Source of the DNA: Haliotis rufescens
Lineage: Eukaryota
Length of the DNA: 64,000 bases
Assembly (NCBI RefSeq): GCF_023055435.1
Contig: NW_025963879.1
Location: forward strand, 558,001-622,000
Direction of reading: 5' to 3'
Shown: piece after piece, positions 48,745 through 62,881 of the stretch
Position numbering within the stretch: the stretch's first letter is position 1
How the letters are laid out: every line of letters starts with the position of its first letter
Position numbers and translations under genes: made by a program
Notes under the pieces: generated by a model
Told to the model about the DNA's origin: nothing
The model's database searches: none
What the model saw: the letters and a program-made list of their open reading frames with translations, nothing else

Positions 48745-51558
48745 GCTTGATACGTCGGTATGTGTTCTCGAAAATGGAAATTCGAAGATGTGCCTATTGT
48801 ATATTAAACGAGAATTTAATGAGGATTATAAAAGGAAGAGGCTTTGAGAAATATTCTAGCAATCGAACCGGGTCTAAGGCGTGATGAACGATATAGTTAC
48901 TATTACAAAATTAGCATTAACAACATTAATAGTTTAAGATATATGTTACATGACAGCTTTGAAATCGGTTATTTCGTGAAATGTTTGATGGAACTCAATT
49001 GCTATTTTAGTTAATCATCTCAGCAATGTACAGTTTGGTTCACCCGAGAAAGACGAGATGAATCAAAAGTGCCGACTGTAATGAGTATCGGATGGCTATA
49101 CTATACCCTTGAACCTTGTTCCTAAGACTCTCTTTTGTGTTTTTATTCCGATGGTACAGTACCCATCGGGGCTGCCGATAAACCCATTCGATTTTTTGAA
49201 GAATTAACACTTAATCTTAATCTTTAAAACTTAAAGTAAAAACGTTTGCTTGGTAAGTTTGGATTAATAAATTCTCAAGTGAATATGACATATCTTTATC
49301 ATAGATGTACAATTGTCCAAAAAGTAAGAAAATGTGAGACTGTCACAGCGACCCCACGGCAGGGATCGCTACTCTTGCTATCAACCAGTGTTATGTCTGG
49401 TCTAGAGGAAATTATTAGCATACGAACGTTAATGTCGCTGCAGTATTGGTACTGGTATACAACAAAACGAACTTCACTTTAATTTGTTCCTTATTCAATC
49501 ATAATCGGCAGTTTTGCAAAGAAGGATCTTATTATCCATATATTTTAATATATGATGCTCAATTTTAGTTTTTGATTACAAACTTTCTGTAGCTTATTAA
49601 AGCTGGAAACAAATGTAAAGAGACGAAACAGTAAGTGTGGGTTCGAATCCCGGACAGGACTCAACCCCAAAAAGTACGAGAATCTGTACTTTACTAAGAA
49701 AGTGTTATCCCAAATATAACATTTGTAACGAAACAGTATACTTACCAAAATGTGAACTGAGTGTCAAGATGAAACACTCTTCGTCAACTGATGGTTCCGG
49801 ACAGAATCTTCAGCCCTTTTATACACGTCAAATGAGCAAGAACTGAAGACACATCACGTGAGAGGCGTATTGCTTGTGTAAACTCTAACGTCACAGTGCA
49901 ATTCGGTGTAGTTCTATTATCTATCAAGCTATTATTCAATAGAAGTAACAAATACTCTTGCTGACCACTCGACAAGAACCGTGGCAGTAGGGCATGGCGG
50001 TACTCCGTTGACACATTACGTCTTCTCTGAAACAAGACAAAATAGTAAAACGTGTTTAATGGAATGAAAGTAAGGTTACACCTGGAATGTAAAATTCCTC
50101 TTGATCTAAGTGTACTTGTCCTGTCAGCATTGAACGAAACTGTTATACAGATGCGACCGAGGCGCCAGGCATAGCTTTGTTTTGATGATGATTTTGAACA
50201 CAATGTACCAACGTGACGTCTGAATGACCCACGTCGTGACCCAGGCGTTGTCACATAGGGGTTTACATTTGGCGACACAGTCTTATGGTACTGAGAATGA
50301 AAGGCCATTTAGCAATATATGGCCATGATGTCAGAATCACATAATAATACAATGTGTTTTTAGAAACAGTAATACGGCGATGCTGAAGGGTTTCTCTAAC
50401 AGAACACATGTAATATTCCTGCGTATTTCAAGTCATAGTTCGAGACGAATTTCTTGTATTTATTTCTGGTAATAATGAGTCAATAATTGCACGATGGCGA
50501 TAGAACTGACACAGAGGAGGCGTAATGTCCATACTCTTATGCCCTTTCTTGATATTTTTCAGAGTATACGTTGCAACAAATTGATGCATAAGATGGCGGT
50601 GAGGTGAGGTAAAATGGGGTTTAATGTCTCGTCCAAGATTAATTTACTTATATAGCGACGTTCATGTACGTGTGTGTGTGTGTCTGTGTGGCTGCTTGTA
50701 CTAGTCCGAACTGATGCCGATTTGAGTCCGATTAGAAACCATGCCACAGTTTAACATGAACACACCACTCAGACACAGTATACTGACTCCAAGCAGACCA
50801 GTCCTTGTTTTAACCCCTTAATGCCGAGCGCCGCACTGGTTAACAACAATTTCCATCTTTTAACGTCTTTTGGTATGCCGCGGCCGGGGATCGAACCCCA
50901 GACCTTCCGTTCTCCGGGCGGACGCTGTACCACTAGACCACGGAGGCGGTTTCCAGAGTGAATATATTTGTTTGTTGGTTGTTTAACGCCGCCCTCTGCC
51001 ATATTCCAGCTACATGACGGTAGTCTGTAAATAATTGAGTCAGGACCAGACAATCCAGTGATTGACATCGTGAGCATCGATCTACGCAATTGGGATACAG
51101 TGATATGCATCGCAAGAGGCGACTTACGGGATCGGATGGTCACGTAATTCTCCATTTGGACTTGTACCATATGTTAAACTTTTCAGGTGAACAATTGACA
51201 TGTCCTTGCATGTGTTTGTGACGGATGCCACCGGTGGGGCAAGATATGATCAGCATTTCGCGAACACCTGGTATAATCGTATGAAAGTGATTCATTAACA
51301 CGTGTGCTTGTATAGTTGGAAAGGTACAATGGACTCAGCTTTTAGCAGATATTTCCTGTGATCATGGAAATGGTTTTCAGCAGTAGCTATATGGCTGGAA
51401 TTATGCCGATGCGACGTTATATTTTAACTCACTCACACACTAATATAAACACTATATATAACTCACCATACTCACATTACATCTTTCATTGGTAACAATG
51501 TTATATGTGCGTCTTGTCAATAATGATTTCCTAAGGTTTTAGGAAGTTCTTGCGTTTT

Positions 51559-51734
51559 CAGTAAACTACGGTTATAACGAACACGCTTATAACGAACTGA
51601 CGGTTATAACGAACTTACTTCTTTGGTCCCGACTTTTTGCTGTAGTTATTCTGTATATATGCTTATAACGAACTACAGTTATAACGAACTGAAATTAGTA
51701 GTCCCTTTGAGTTCGTTATAACCGTAGTTTACTA
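51559..51734. mobile_element. Tc1/pogo-type MITE
   Basis: TIRs CAGTAAACTACGGTTATAACGAAC / GTTCGTTATAACCGTAGTTTACT and internal TTATAACGAAC repeats. Confidence 0.75.
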
Positions 51735-52279
51735 TAGTACAAAAAGGTTAGTTTATTCATGCTATTCTAAAAATACATTGGTATGTACTTTAAGTTCATT
51801 CTCTTATTTGAACTTGAGTCACATTCCAAACCATAATTTTAAATGACGAATTGAAAATCAGACGAGTGTCACACTACATCAAACTACATGCCAAAAGCAA
51901 AGGTGCCCAGTGACTGACATGTCTTGTAAGTTTCAACCAAACAGCTCAGTGATTTACATGTCTTGCCGCAAGACTAGACTGACATGCCATATAAATTTAA
52001 ACCAAGTCATGTGCAAGACAAGCCTTACTGTAAGTTTAAACCAAACGGGCCTAATGCTTGACATTCCTTCGTCTAAGTTAAAAAAAAGGGTCAAATGACT
52101 GGATTGCCTTTTTTAAAGTTAGAACAATACGGGACTTTGGGTCCGAAATCCCTTTGTCCAACGTGTTTATTTTCTGAGATTTTCATGTTGTCAAAATGTG
52201 GCATTACAGTTCTGACACATTCATCTTTGATTTGACACAACAGTGAGTGAGTTTTGTTTTAATCCATATCTATCGGTTA

Positions 52280-52455
52280 CAGTAAACTACGGTTATAACG
52301 AACTCAAATGGACTACTTATTTTAGTTCGTTATAACCGTAGTTCGTAATAAGCATATATACAGAATAACTACAGCAAATAGTCGGGACCAAAAAAGTAAG
52401 TTCGTTATAACCGTCAGTTCGTTATAAGCTTGTTCGTTATAACCGGAGTTTACTG
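52280..52455. mobile_element. Tc1/pogo-type MITE, inverted relative to the 51559 copy
   Basis: Same TIRs with TA on both flanks. Confidence 0.78.
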
Positions 52456-53477
52456 TATAAGAAGACATGTCAGCTTGATGTGAAACCCATTCGACCTCTT
52501 TAAGTTGAGACCGAGGGAATATAATCAGGTCAAACCTAGAATTCGAACCCAAATTCAAAGGTTTCCGACACGTCTATGGGATGCAGCTGTGCCGTCGGAA
52601 AGAGACACTCGATAGAATGGTTTTCTTATACATGTGGAGTTTGTAAACCTGATCGTTACGTAAGATGTAAACAAAGTAATGCTTCAAAACAAGAGCGTCA
52701 CCTGGTTGTATCCCCTAAAGGTATTTCTCGTTCTAAAGGATTGCAACAGGTAAGGATATGGAGGTATGTTGCGCAGATAGTGTGGCTGATTACATGTAAA
52801 TGTAAATCTCTCTGGTCGTCGATCAGTCATACTGACGTTCTTCCACATCTGGGTGGGAAATATCATTCTAGGTAAAACGCCAGTGTTGTCTCTCATGCAT
52901 GCATACCATATCCTTTGGGGGTAAGTTTTTAATATATGATGCTCATCTTTATGCTAAAAAATGTATTTTGCATGAATCCATACCTGTAAACTTTTATAGG
53001 AAATTCTACAGCCTCATTGTATCAAACACGTATAAAATACTTTTCCAGAATGCTAATGTCTTCATACGGCATCCACTGTCAGGGGCTCGACTTTAGGACA
53101 AAAGTACTAAATAGACGTTGGTTGACCAGTTGGTCCAGTGCTATTCATAGGTACTCATAAGTCACTTTTTATACTAATATATGTTATTTTTTTTGAAATT
53201 TACACGATATATGGCTTTTCCATCGGTCACATGACCGGGAAATTGACGTTCATAAGTATATGAATTACACAATTCGATGTGAATACGTTTTTCACGAGAC
53301 TGTGTTCTTGAAATGACGTAAACACTGATGGACTACGTCCACATTCCTGGGAAAACACCTAGATGTTTAAACATTTTAATGTTAAACTCAGCGGGTGTCC
53401 CTTTGTGATTTCCTCCCCCACTAAGCTGCCAGGTGGTTATAGAAATGAAATTCGGTTAAAAGTGATTTTAAATTCAA

Positions 53478-53985
53478 ACATGAGTAACAGTGGCTTTAAA
53501 TAAAACATCACCAAAAGTGGCTTTTAATCTAACACTAGTAACAATGGCTTTAAATACAACATCACTAACAGTGTCTTTAAATCCAACATCACTTACAGTG
53601 TTTTTAAATCCAACATCACTAACAGTGGCTTTAAATCCAACATCACCAAAAGTTGCTTTTAATCTAACACTAGTAACAGAGGCTTTAAATCCAACATCAC
53701 CAAAAGTGGCTTTTAATCTAACACTAGTAACAGAGGCGTTAAATCCAACATCAATATACGTCTCTTTGAATCCAACACCGCTAACAGTGGCTTCAAATCA
53801 AACATCACCAAAAGTGGCTTTTAATCTTACACAAATAACAGTGGCTTTACATCCAACACAAGTGACAGTGGCTTTAAATCCAACACCAGTAACAGTGGCT
53901 TTAAATCCAACACAAGTGACGGAGGCTTTAAATCCAACACAGGTGACAGTGGCTTTAAATCCAACACAGGTGACAGTGGCTTTAA
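53478..53985. repeat. 27-bp minisatellite, duplicated copy with a different unit order
   Basis: Same unit as 42775-43345. Confidence 0.9.
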
Positions 53986-54732
53986 GCCTAGACCAAACAT
54001 ACATGGACGTTGTCACTTGTCCAGAGCGAATGTAGTAGCATATCAGTACGATACACCACTAGCTTGATATGTCATTGTGACTGAACTATCACACATGTTC
54101 AGTCAAATGTTCATGGGGAAACGAAACAATGTTCATGTTCCTAATATGTGTCACTCCTCTCGTGTATCATTCCAAAATGAAACCAGGAATCCAGGTGCTT
54201 GTTAAAGCGAGTATGTAACTTCTGAAACCAGTGGTATGGGACCTTTCTCATAGTATCCATTATTAATATGCGTGGATTTAAATATTTATTGGCATCCGTA
54301 AGGGGTTTCAGTCCAGGTTCGAACCCAGAAAATGGTCATATTTGTGTTTATGCTTATATACATGTAAAAGCCAACCTATTTAGATATTGTCATGAGTATG
54401 GTCATCAGATTAGTTTGAAGTGAATTGAGCTAGTAGGAGAACAGAGATAAATTACAACAATTAGGAAAAACATATTTATTAAAATCATACTCTTCGCAAT
54501 TGCTAAAACAACCAAATACAAACAACACATATTTTACATAATCAACAATATATTTCCACTAATGGAGAATAGTCACATCCATCTAAAGACCTTGTTAAAA
54601 CATGCAAAGGAAAACGTTGAAACTTGCACGTGTATACTGTGCACATAAGACATACCATATGACAATAACCAACAATAAACAACCCCGAGTAAACACACAT
54701 GAAGTAAAAAGTCCTTTTATGTGTTAAACCAT

Positions 54733-56305
54733 CTAGCCAAGAGTAATCTTGGGTTTACCAAGAATAACTCGGGTTGCTTTTCTGCCGGTGCCAAGGACAA
54801 TTTTATGTTTGTTAATTCTCCTGAACGGCTGGTAGCCCAACAGAATAGACCCTTTCCCTCTACGTTCCACTCTGACAGCCGCAGCCTCCAGATTGTAGAA
54901 GCCAACGATGTCGGTGCCGTCGCAGGGCATGTTCTCAGCCTGACCGATGACGACAATTTCTCCGGTGGTAAGGGGACACATCACAGGCGCTCCAGCATCA
55001 CCCTGAATAATACATTACGTAAGGTTAGTATATAAAAGCGATGAGAAACATTTGAAATAATCACACGAAGTTTTTGCTGAAAGTCCATTGTACTATTATA
55101 TCCATAGCATGTGTTTATGAATCACTATCAGGTGGTGATGGTACCAGGTGTTCGTGAAAAGGTGAAAGTATGCCGCCCCACCGGTGGCACTCGTTACAAA
55201 CTAATACAAAGACACGTCAATATTTATCTTAAAACACACGGGAAAGTATAATACAAGTGAATATGAGGAATTGCATTGGACAAAATGTTGGTCGCTGGTC
55301 AAATTTGGCATGTCTTTTACACAGGTATCAGTAACACAAGGCTTTCTGCTGCAATCATGCATTGGATGTAAGGTAATGTGAGGAAGTGCGTTGTGTTATA
55401 TATACGTACACCACAGGTAGAAGATCCTGTATTGAAGAAACAGTTGTACGTAAGGCCAGTGTCAAAGAGGACGGCTTGACCAGACGCCTGCAGGAGGGCG
55501 GGACAATCGGCAGTGGGCTGGAGACTTGGCACGGTGTAGGAGGATAATGTTGCGGGGTTCGTGCCTGAAAAGAAACACATACTGAAAATTGAATTAATGT
55601 GAAACATTGCTAACTGGGTTCGAATCCCGGACTTTTAACATCCTATGAATTCTTTTCTTGATCAGTATGGTGATTTTATCAATCCACATTTGTAAAAATG
55701 TGCCAGTCTACTCAATGGTGGAAATCTTAACATTTGAAAATTCGACTAACGCCCTCGGGTCTAAATGAAATTTCCGGTCATCAAATACCCTAAAACACCC
55801 GCAAATCAGAAAACACGTCACATTTATTTACTGATTTATCATATCCATTGCGTGACAGCTGAACTAGGTGAAGTTAACATCGATGGACGGGGTATAAAGT
55901 TAACCGAGGAAAACAAATCAGATTGAAAGATCATAGGCATTAACAGTTTCTTCCTAATTTTGTCAAAATCCTTTCTTAAACCAGTATTATGTACCTGCAA
56001 AATCGTCATGTCCAGCACCAACAACGACGCAGCTTGTGAGGTCAATGTTGTCGACCATGGCAGCGTCATAGATGCATGCAACGCCAGGGCAACTCGTGGA
56101 GCTGATAGGTGTGGTCAGAGTGATTTCGAACGGACCTCCTGTTGCGAGGGTAGTGGCTAGGAAATGGGACAATACATATGAATGCAAAACTAATGTAAAT
56201 ACAGAGTAAGCAAGGTTTAATGCCCAGTTTATCCCTATTCTAGCCATATCAGTGCGGGAGGCATTGTACCGATGAGTTACACCCTATCTTGGTATTTGAT
56301 GTGAC

Positions 56306-56336
<31 letters not shown>

Positions 56337-59187
56337 TGAGATTTAATCAGTAGGCTGCCCTTCCAATTGATATTGTACTTGGTAGTTATTCTACCAGGGA
56401 AGAATATTTTCTTAATCGTATCACGAAATTGATGAATTATATTTTCATTTGTCATTACATATTGTTGTCCTTTCTTTGAGAGCTACGCACCAAAGTACCT
56501 GCACTGTCGTCTAAATCGATCCCTTGGTCATAGGTGTTAATTTTTGGGTCGGTGTTATTTTTCGTAAGTTCATGGATATTCCAGATATTAATGAAGATTT
56601 AGTTACTCGAGCAAAGGAAATCGTTCACTTACTGTCAATAACAGGTAGAGTTTCAATGACGGTGCCAGTGGTTGGGTCTTGTAGTTCAAGCCTAAAATTA
56701 AATCGATATGTATACCAATGTTAAAGAACATTTATCGCGGGGTCACTTTCTTCTTTGATTTGTTTATTCAGACCTCATTATTTTACCAATAATAACTATT
56801 ATTTTACAATAGTAACTAAAAACGGCAACGCTGTATCTGTGAAAATGTCATATGTAGTGAAAAAGTACGAATGTATTAGAGAGAAAAATATTAAGTCATT
56901 ATGAAAATATCAGAATGTACTTCAGAGAAAGCCTATTATTACTTCCGGGTAGAAAGAATGAGAGTAACAACTTTCCGATATTTGCACATTATGCAGCGTC
57001 ATGAGATCACAAATTGATAACATTACGTCATCTAAACAATAGTTTGACTTGAAGTCACAATGAGTTATATACAGAATAACTCAAATCTCGGATTTACGGT
57101 TTAGCTACCAGCTGTGATTGAATACAAGTTTCCTCGTACTTGACGTGGGCCTTACACTATTCCTTCATTCGCTACGGACAATTAGATTCAGATATTGAAA
57201 AAATTGGTTATTCTCTGAATATTATACATACGCAGTGCTCATAAGCTGAGCGCAGTTGTTGGGTACGGAGACAGTTGTTGTTGAGGTGACGACACCCGTG
57301 CACACAGTACTTCCCGAAGTGGGGTCCACGACCCTGACGACGCCGGGGTTGGTGGTGCAGTCTGTCACAGCGGTACCGCCGAGAATCCTGGTAACGGTAG
57401 ACTGTGTGGTCGCCGTCGTTGGGCAGACTAGTATAGAGTTCAGAAATGTATTGACCAATATGTAAGTCACTTGCGCATACGACTTCATTCGCACCGAAAA
57501 CAAAATACCAGTTTACTTTGAGCGCTAGATACTGAACTTATAAAGGTTATTACTGTCTCCTTTAGAAAATGTCACCCGTTTCCGGTTATGGAGGTGTCGG
57601 TATAACAGCTGCTTAGAGTGAATTTTGGTTTATAGAGAGGTCGGTTTAGCGAGCATTGCAATGGGTAATAAGGTAATCATCGTGTGATGCATACTTTGGG
57701 CACAATGCAATTGCAAGGGCTACGTCGGATGATAAATTTGGTGTAAAGATGACGGTCAAGAAAGTATCGTTTTATTGTGAATTGATGATTTTAATAAGAA
57801 TTGCTGAAGGTCCCATTTTAACAATGTGCGTTCGACAATGCCATGTTATTAACCATACTTTTTAACTTTTATGATACAGCAAGCACATTTACTCCACTTA
57901 CATCGTGTTACTACAGTAGTAGTAGGAGTGGTGGTTGTAGTTGTAGTCACTGTAGTGGTAGCAGTGGTCGTTGTCGCAGTTGTAGTTGTCGCAGTTGTAG
58001 TTGTAGCAGCCGTAGTAGTAGCAGTTGTTGTCGTAGCAGCTGTGGTAGTTGTTGCGGTAGTAGTGGTAGTCGTTGTGGTTGTTGTAGTTGCTGGTGCAGC
58101 TGTTGTTGCTGCTGCAGTTGCTGGTACGTTGGAACACGAGGATTGGTAGGAGCTACAGAGGCACTGGATCTTGCATGAAGAATACCAGAAGTTACCAGGA
58201 TAGAAAGGCATCGTGTTGAAATAGAAGTAGTTGTTTCCTGCAGAGTAAAAGAATGATGTTTTCAATGGCGATGTTGGGCTCTTGTGAGTAAATATGATTT
58301 TATGCCAATAGTCCAACATTATCACGACTCGGGACACCAGAAATGGACTTGCCAATGTGAGAAATCGGACCCGGGTCTTCGGCCTGACAAGCGAACGCTT
58401 TAACAACTGGGCTTCCCATCGTCTCTTTCTGGTCGTTTCATAAGGGGATTGTAGTGTTACAAAACAGACAGGCTACATACATGTATATGCGGACAGCCGG
58501 TGCTCTACGTACATAGGGTTCGCTATAACAACGACCGGTAAACGTTTGTACCAAAGTCCTGTGTATCAATAAATCACTGTTTTCATCTTGCAATTTATAA
58601 GTTTTATTTAAATATGCAACAGTTGTTTCCCCCAAACATTCAAAGATAAAAGTATTGGTTTTTAACTGAGTGCTATATTCGGATAGTCTTTCCTTTCATG
58701 CTCTTTATTGAATGTCAAATGGTTGCTTAACTGAACATTGGTTCAAATGAAAAGCACTCAAAACTTGTAAAAACGTAACTATTTAAATTCAGTACTGATA
58801 TGTCGAGAACTATTTGTTTCATAATATTTGTATGAAGACAAAAACCCACTGGTTCTGCTGTATCTGTTGTAGTTATGGCAGTCGGCGCAAAATAGCAAAC
58901 GTATGTAAATTCAATAGTAACATGTCGAAAACATTTATCCCATATTACTTAAATGAAGTGTACATGTAATTCTTACTTGTTCTGCTGTATCTTTTGTAGT
59001 AACGGCAGTCGGCGATGTTGTTAGCACAGCATTGTCCCGAAGTATCCAGCCAACACGATCTGATGTCTCTGGTCATTTTGCTCACGTCAGTGGCTCTCAA
59101 GAATGTTTGTCTCTTGAAAAATGCATTTCTGTTGGCCGCGTATGTGACGGCTGCAAACGCCGCCAGAAACAGCACTAGCTTCAACAT
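54733..59187 (-). CDS. Subfamily B paralog B1: secreted S1 pseudoprotease, ~462 aa, 7 exons
   Basis: complement(join(58977..59187,57902..58237,57232..57427,56633..56691,55995..56156,55410..55564,54733..55002)). 1389 nt in frame, GT-AG introns. Near-identical to B2, with GDAGAP. Confidence 0.88.
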
Positions 59188-61982
59188 GCTTGATGCGTCG
59201 GTATGTGTACTCGAAAATGGAAATTCGAAGATGTGCCTATTGTATATTAAACGATAATTCAATGAGGATTATAAAAGGAAGAGGAATATTTGAGGAATAT
59301 TTGAGGAATATTCTAGCAATCGAACCGGGTCTAAGGCGTGATGAACGATATATCATGTTACATGAAAGCTTTGAAATCGGTTATTTCGTGAAATATTTGA
59401 TGGAACTCAATTGCTATTTTAGTTAATCATCTCAGCAATGTACAGTTTGGTTCACCTGGGAAAGACGAGATCAATCAAAAGTGCTGACTGAAATGGGTAT
59501 CGGATGGCTATACTATACCCTGGAACCTTGTTCATAAGACTTTCTTTTGTGTTTTCATTCTGATGGTACGGTAGCCATCGGGGCTGCCGATAAACCCATT
59601 CGATTTTTTAAAGAATTAAAACTTAATCTTAATCTTTAAAACTTGAAGTAAAAACGTTTGGTTGGTAAGTTTGGAATAATAAATTCTCAAGTGACTATGA
59701 CATATCTTTATCAGAGATGTACAATTGTCCAAAAAGTAAGAAAAATGTGAGACTGTCACAGCGACCCCACGGCAGGGATCGCTACTCTTGCTATCAAGCA
59801 GTGTTATGTCTTGTCCAGATGAAGTTATTAACATTCGAACGTTGTGTCGCTGCAGTATTGGTATTGGTTACAACAAAACGAACTTCACTATGTTCCTTAT
59901 TCAATCATAATCGGCAGTTTTGCAAGAAGGGTCTTATCATCCATATATTTTAATATATGATGCTCAATTTTAGTTTTTGATTACAAACTTTATGTAGCTT
60001 ATTAAAGCTGGAAACAGCTGCCAAATATCAAGAGACGAAACAGTAAGTGTGGGTTCGAATCCCGGACAGAACTCAACCCCAAAAAGTACGAGAATCTGTA
60101 CTTTACTAAGAAAGTGTTATCCCAAATATAACATTTGTAACGAAACAGTATACTTACCAAAATGTGAACTGAGTGTCAAGATGAAACACTCTTCGTCAAC
60201 TGATGGTTCCGGACAGAATCTTCAGCCCTTTTATACACGTCAAATAAGAAAGAACTGAAGACACATCACGTGAGAGGCGTATTGCTTGTGTAAACTCTGA
60301 CGCACAGTGCAATTCGGTGTAGTTCTATTATCTATCAAGCTATTATTCAATAGAAGTAACAAATACTCTTGCTGACCACTCGACAAGAACCGTGGCAGTA
60401 GGGCATGGCGGTACTCCGTTGACACATTACGTCTTCTCTGAAACAAGACAAAATAGTAACACGTGTTTAATGGAATGAAAGTAAGGTTACACCTGGAATG
60501 TAAAATTCCTCTTGATCTAAGTGTAATTGTCTTGTCAGCATTGAACGAAACTGTTATACAGATGCGACCGAGGCGCCAGGTATAGCTTTGTCTTGATGAT
60601 GATTTTGAACACAATGTACCAACGTGACGTCTGAATGACCCACGTCGTGACCCAGGCGTTGTCACATAGGGGTTTACATTTGGCGACACAGACTTATGGT
60701 ACTGAGAATGAAAGACCATTTAGCAATATATGGCCATGATGTCAGAATGACATATTAACACAATGTTAGTTTAGAAACAGTAATACGGCGATGCTGAAGT
60801 GTTTCTCTAACAGAACACATGTACATGTAATATTCTGGCGTATTTCAAGTCATAACTCGAGACGTATTTCTTGTATTCATTTCTGGTAATAATGAGTTAA
60901 TAATTGCAGGATGGCGATAGAATTGACACAGAGGAGGCGTTAGTATATATGCATGTCCATAATCTTATACCCTTTCTTGATATTTTTCAGATTATACGTT
61001 GCAACAAATTGATGCATAAGATGGCGGTGAGGTGAGGTAAAATGGGGTTGAACGAAGCGTCCAAGACTATTGCACTTATATAGCGACATTGATGTACGTG
61101 TGTGTATGTCTGTGTGGCTGCTTGTACCAGTCCGGACTAATGCCGATTTGAGTCCGATTAGAAACCATGCCACAGTTTAACATGAACACACCACTCAGAC
61201 ACAGTATACTGACTCCAAGCAGACCAGTCCTTGTTTTAACCCCTTAATGCCGAGCGCCGCACTGGTTAACAACAATTTCCATCTTTTAACGTCTTTTGGT
61301 ATGCCGCGGCCGGGGATCGAACCCCAGACCTTCCGTTCTCCGGGCGGACGCTCTACCACTAGAACACGGAGGCGGTTTCCAGAGTGAATATATTTGTTGG
61401 TTGGTTGTTTAACGCCGCCCTCTGCAATATTCCAGCTACATGACGGTAGTCTGTAAATAATCGAGTCAGGACCAGACAACCCAGTGATTGACATCGTGAG
61501 CATCGATCTACGCAATTGGGATACATTGATATGCATCGCAAGAGGCGACTTACGGGATCGGATGGTCACGTAATTCTCCATTTGGACTTGTACCATATGT
61601 TAAACTTTTTCAGGTGAACAATTGACATGTCCTTGCATGTGTTTGTGACGGATGCCACCGGTGGGGCAAGATATGATCAGCATTTCGCGAACACCTGGTA
61701 TAATCGTATGAAAGTGATTCATAAACACGTGTGCTTGTATAGTTGGAAAGGTACAGTGGACTCAGCTTTTAGCAGATATTTCCTGTGATCATGGAAATGG
61801 TTTTCAGCAGTCGCTATATGGCAGGAATTATGCCGATGCGACGTTATATTTTAACTCACTCACACACTTATAAACAGTATATATAACTCACCATACTCAC
61901 ATAACATCTTTCATTAGTAACAATGTTACATGTGCATCTTGTCAAAATGATTTCCTAATTCTTTAGGAAGTTCTTGCGTATA

Positions 61983-62158
61983 CAGTAAACTACGGTTATA
62001 ACGAACGCGCTTATAACGAACTGACGATTATAACGGTCTTACTTTTTTGGTCCCCACTATTTGCTGTAGTTATTCTGTATATATGCTTATAACGAACTAC
62101 AGTTATAACCAACTAAAATAAGTAGTCCCTCTGAGTTCGTTATAACCGTAGTTTACTG
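61983..62158. mobile_element. Tc1/pogo-type MITE
   Basis: TA|CAGTAAACTACGG...CCGTAGTTTACTG|TA. Confidence 0.8.
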
Positions 62159-62732
62159 TAGTACAAAAAGGTTAGTTTATTCATGCTATTCTAAAAATAC
62201 ATTGGTATGTACTTTGAGTTCATTCTCTTATTTGAACTTGAGTCACATTCTAAACCCTAATTTTAGATGAGGAAATGAAAATCAGTGTCACACTACATAA
62301 AACTACATGCCAAAAGCAAAGGTGCCCAGCGACTGACATGTCTTGTAAGTTTCAACCAAAAGAGCCCTGTAAGTTTCAACCAAACAGCTCAGTGATTTAC
62401 ATGTCTTGCCGCAAGACTATACTTACATGACATATAAATTTAAACCAAGTCAAGTGAAAGACAAGCCTTAATTGTAAGATTAAACCAAACGGGCCTAATG
62501 CTTGACATTCCTTCGTCTAAGTTCGAAACAAAAGGGTCAAATGACTGGTTTGCCTTTTTTAAAGTTTGGGTCCAAAATCCCTTTGTCCAATCTGTTTATT
62601 TTCTGAGATATTCCTTTTTGTCAAAATGTGGCATTTGCTCCTTTGCGCAGATTACATTACCGTTCTGACACATTCATCTTTGATTTGACACAAAAGTGAG
62701 TGAGTTTGGTTTTAATCCATATATTTCGGTTA

Positions 62733-62881
62733 CAGTAAACTACGGTTATAACGAACTCAAAGGGACTACTTCTTTTAGTTCGTTATAACAGGGACCAAAA
62801 AAGTAAGTCGGGACCAAAAAAGTAAGTTCGTTAGGGCCGTCAGTTCGTTATAAGCGTGTTCGTTATGACCGGAGTTTACTG
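62733..62881. mobile_element. Tc1/pogo-type MITE with internal rearrangement
   Basis: TIRs and TA flanks retained; internal deletion plus duplication of gggaccaaaaaagtaagt. Confidence 0.75.

Noticed and set aside
49784-50308. 174-aa and 159-aa minus-strand ORFs upstream of B2 and B1 (60240-60719), and the 133-aa ORFs at 50769 and 61195
   Set aside because: No recognisable motifs. The 174/159-aa pair differs by a frameshift and the homologous B3 region is not open; the 133-aa ORFs run through SINEs.
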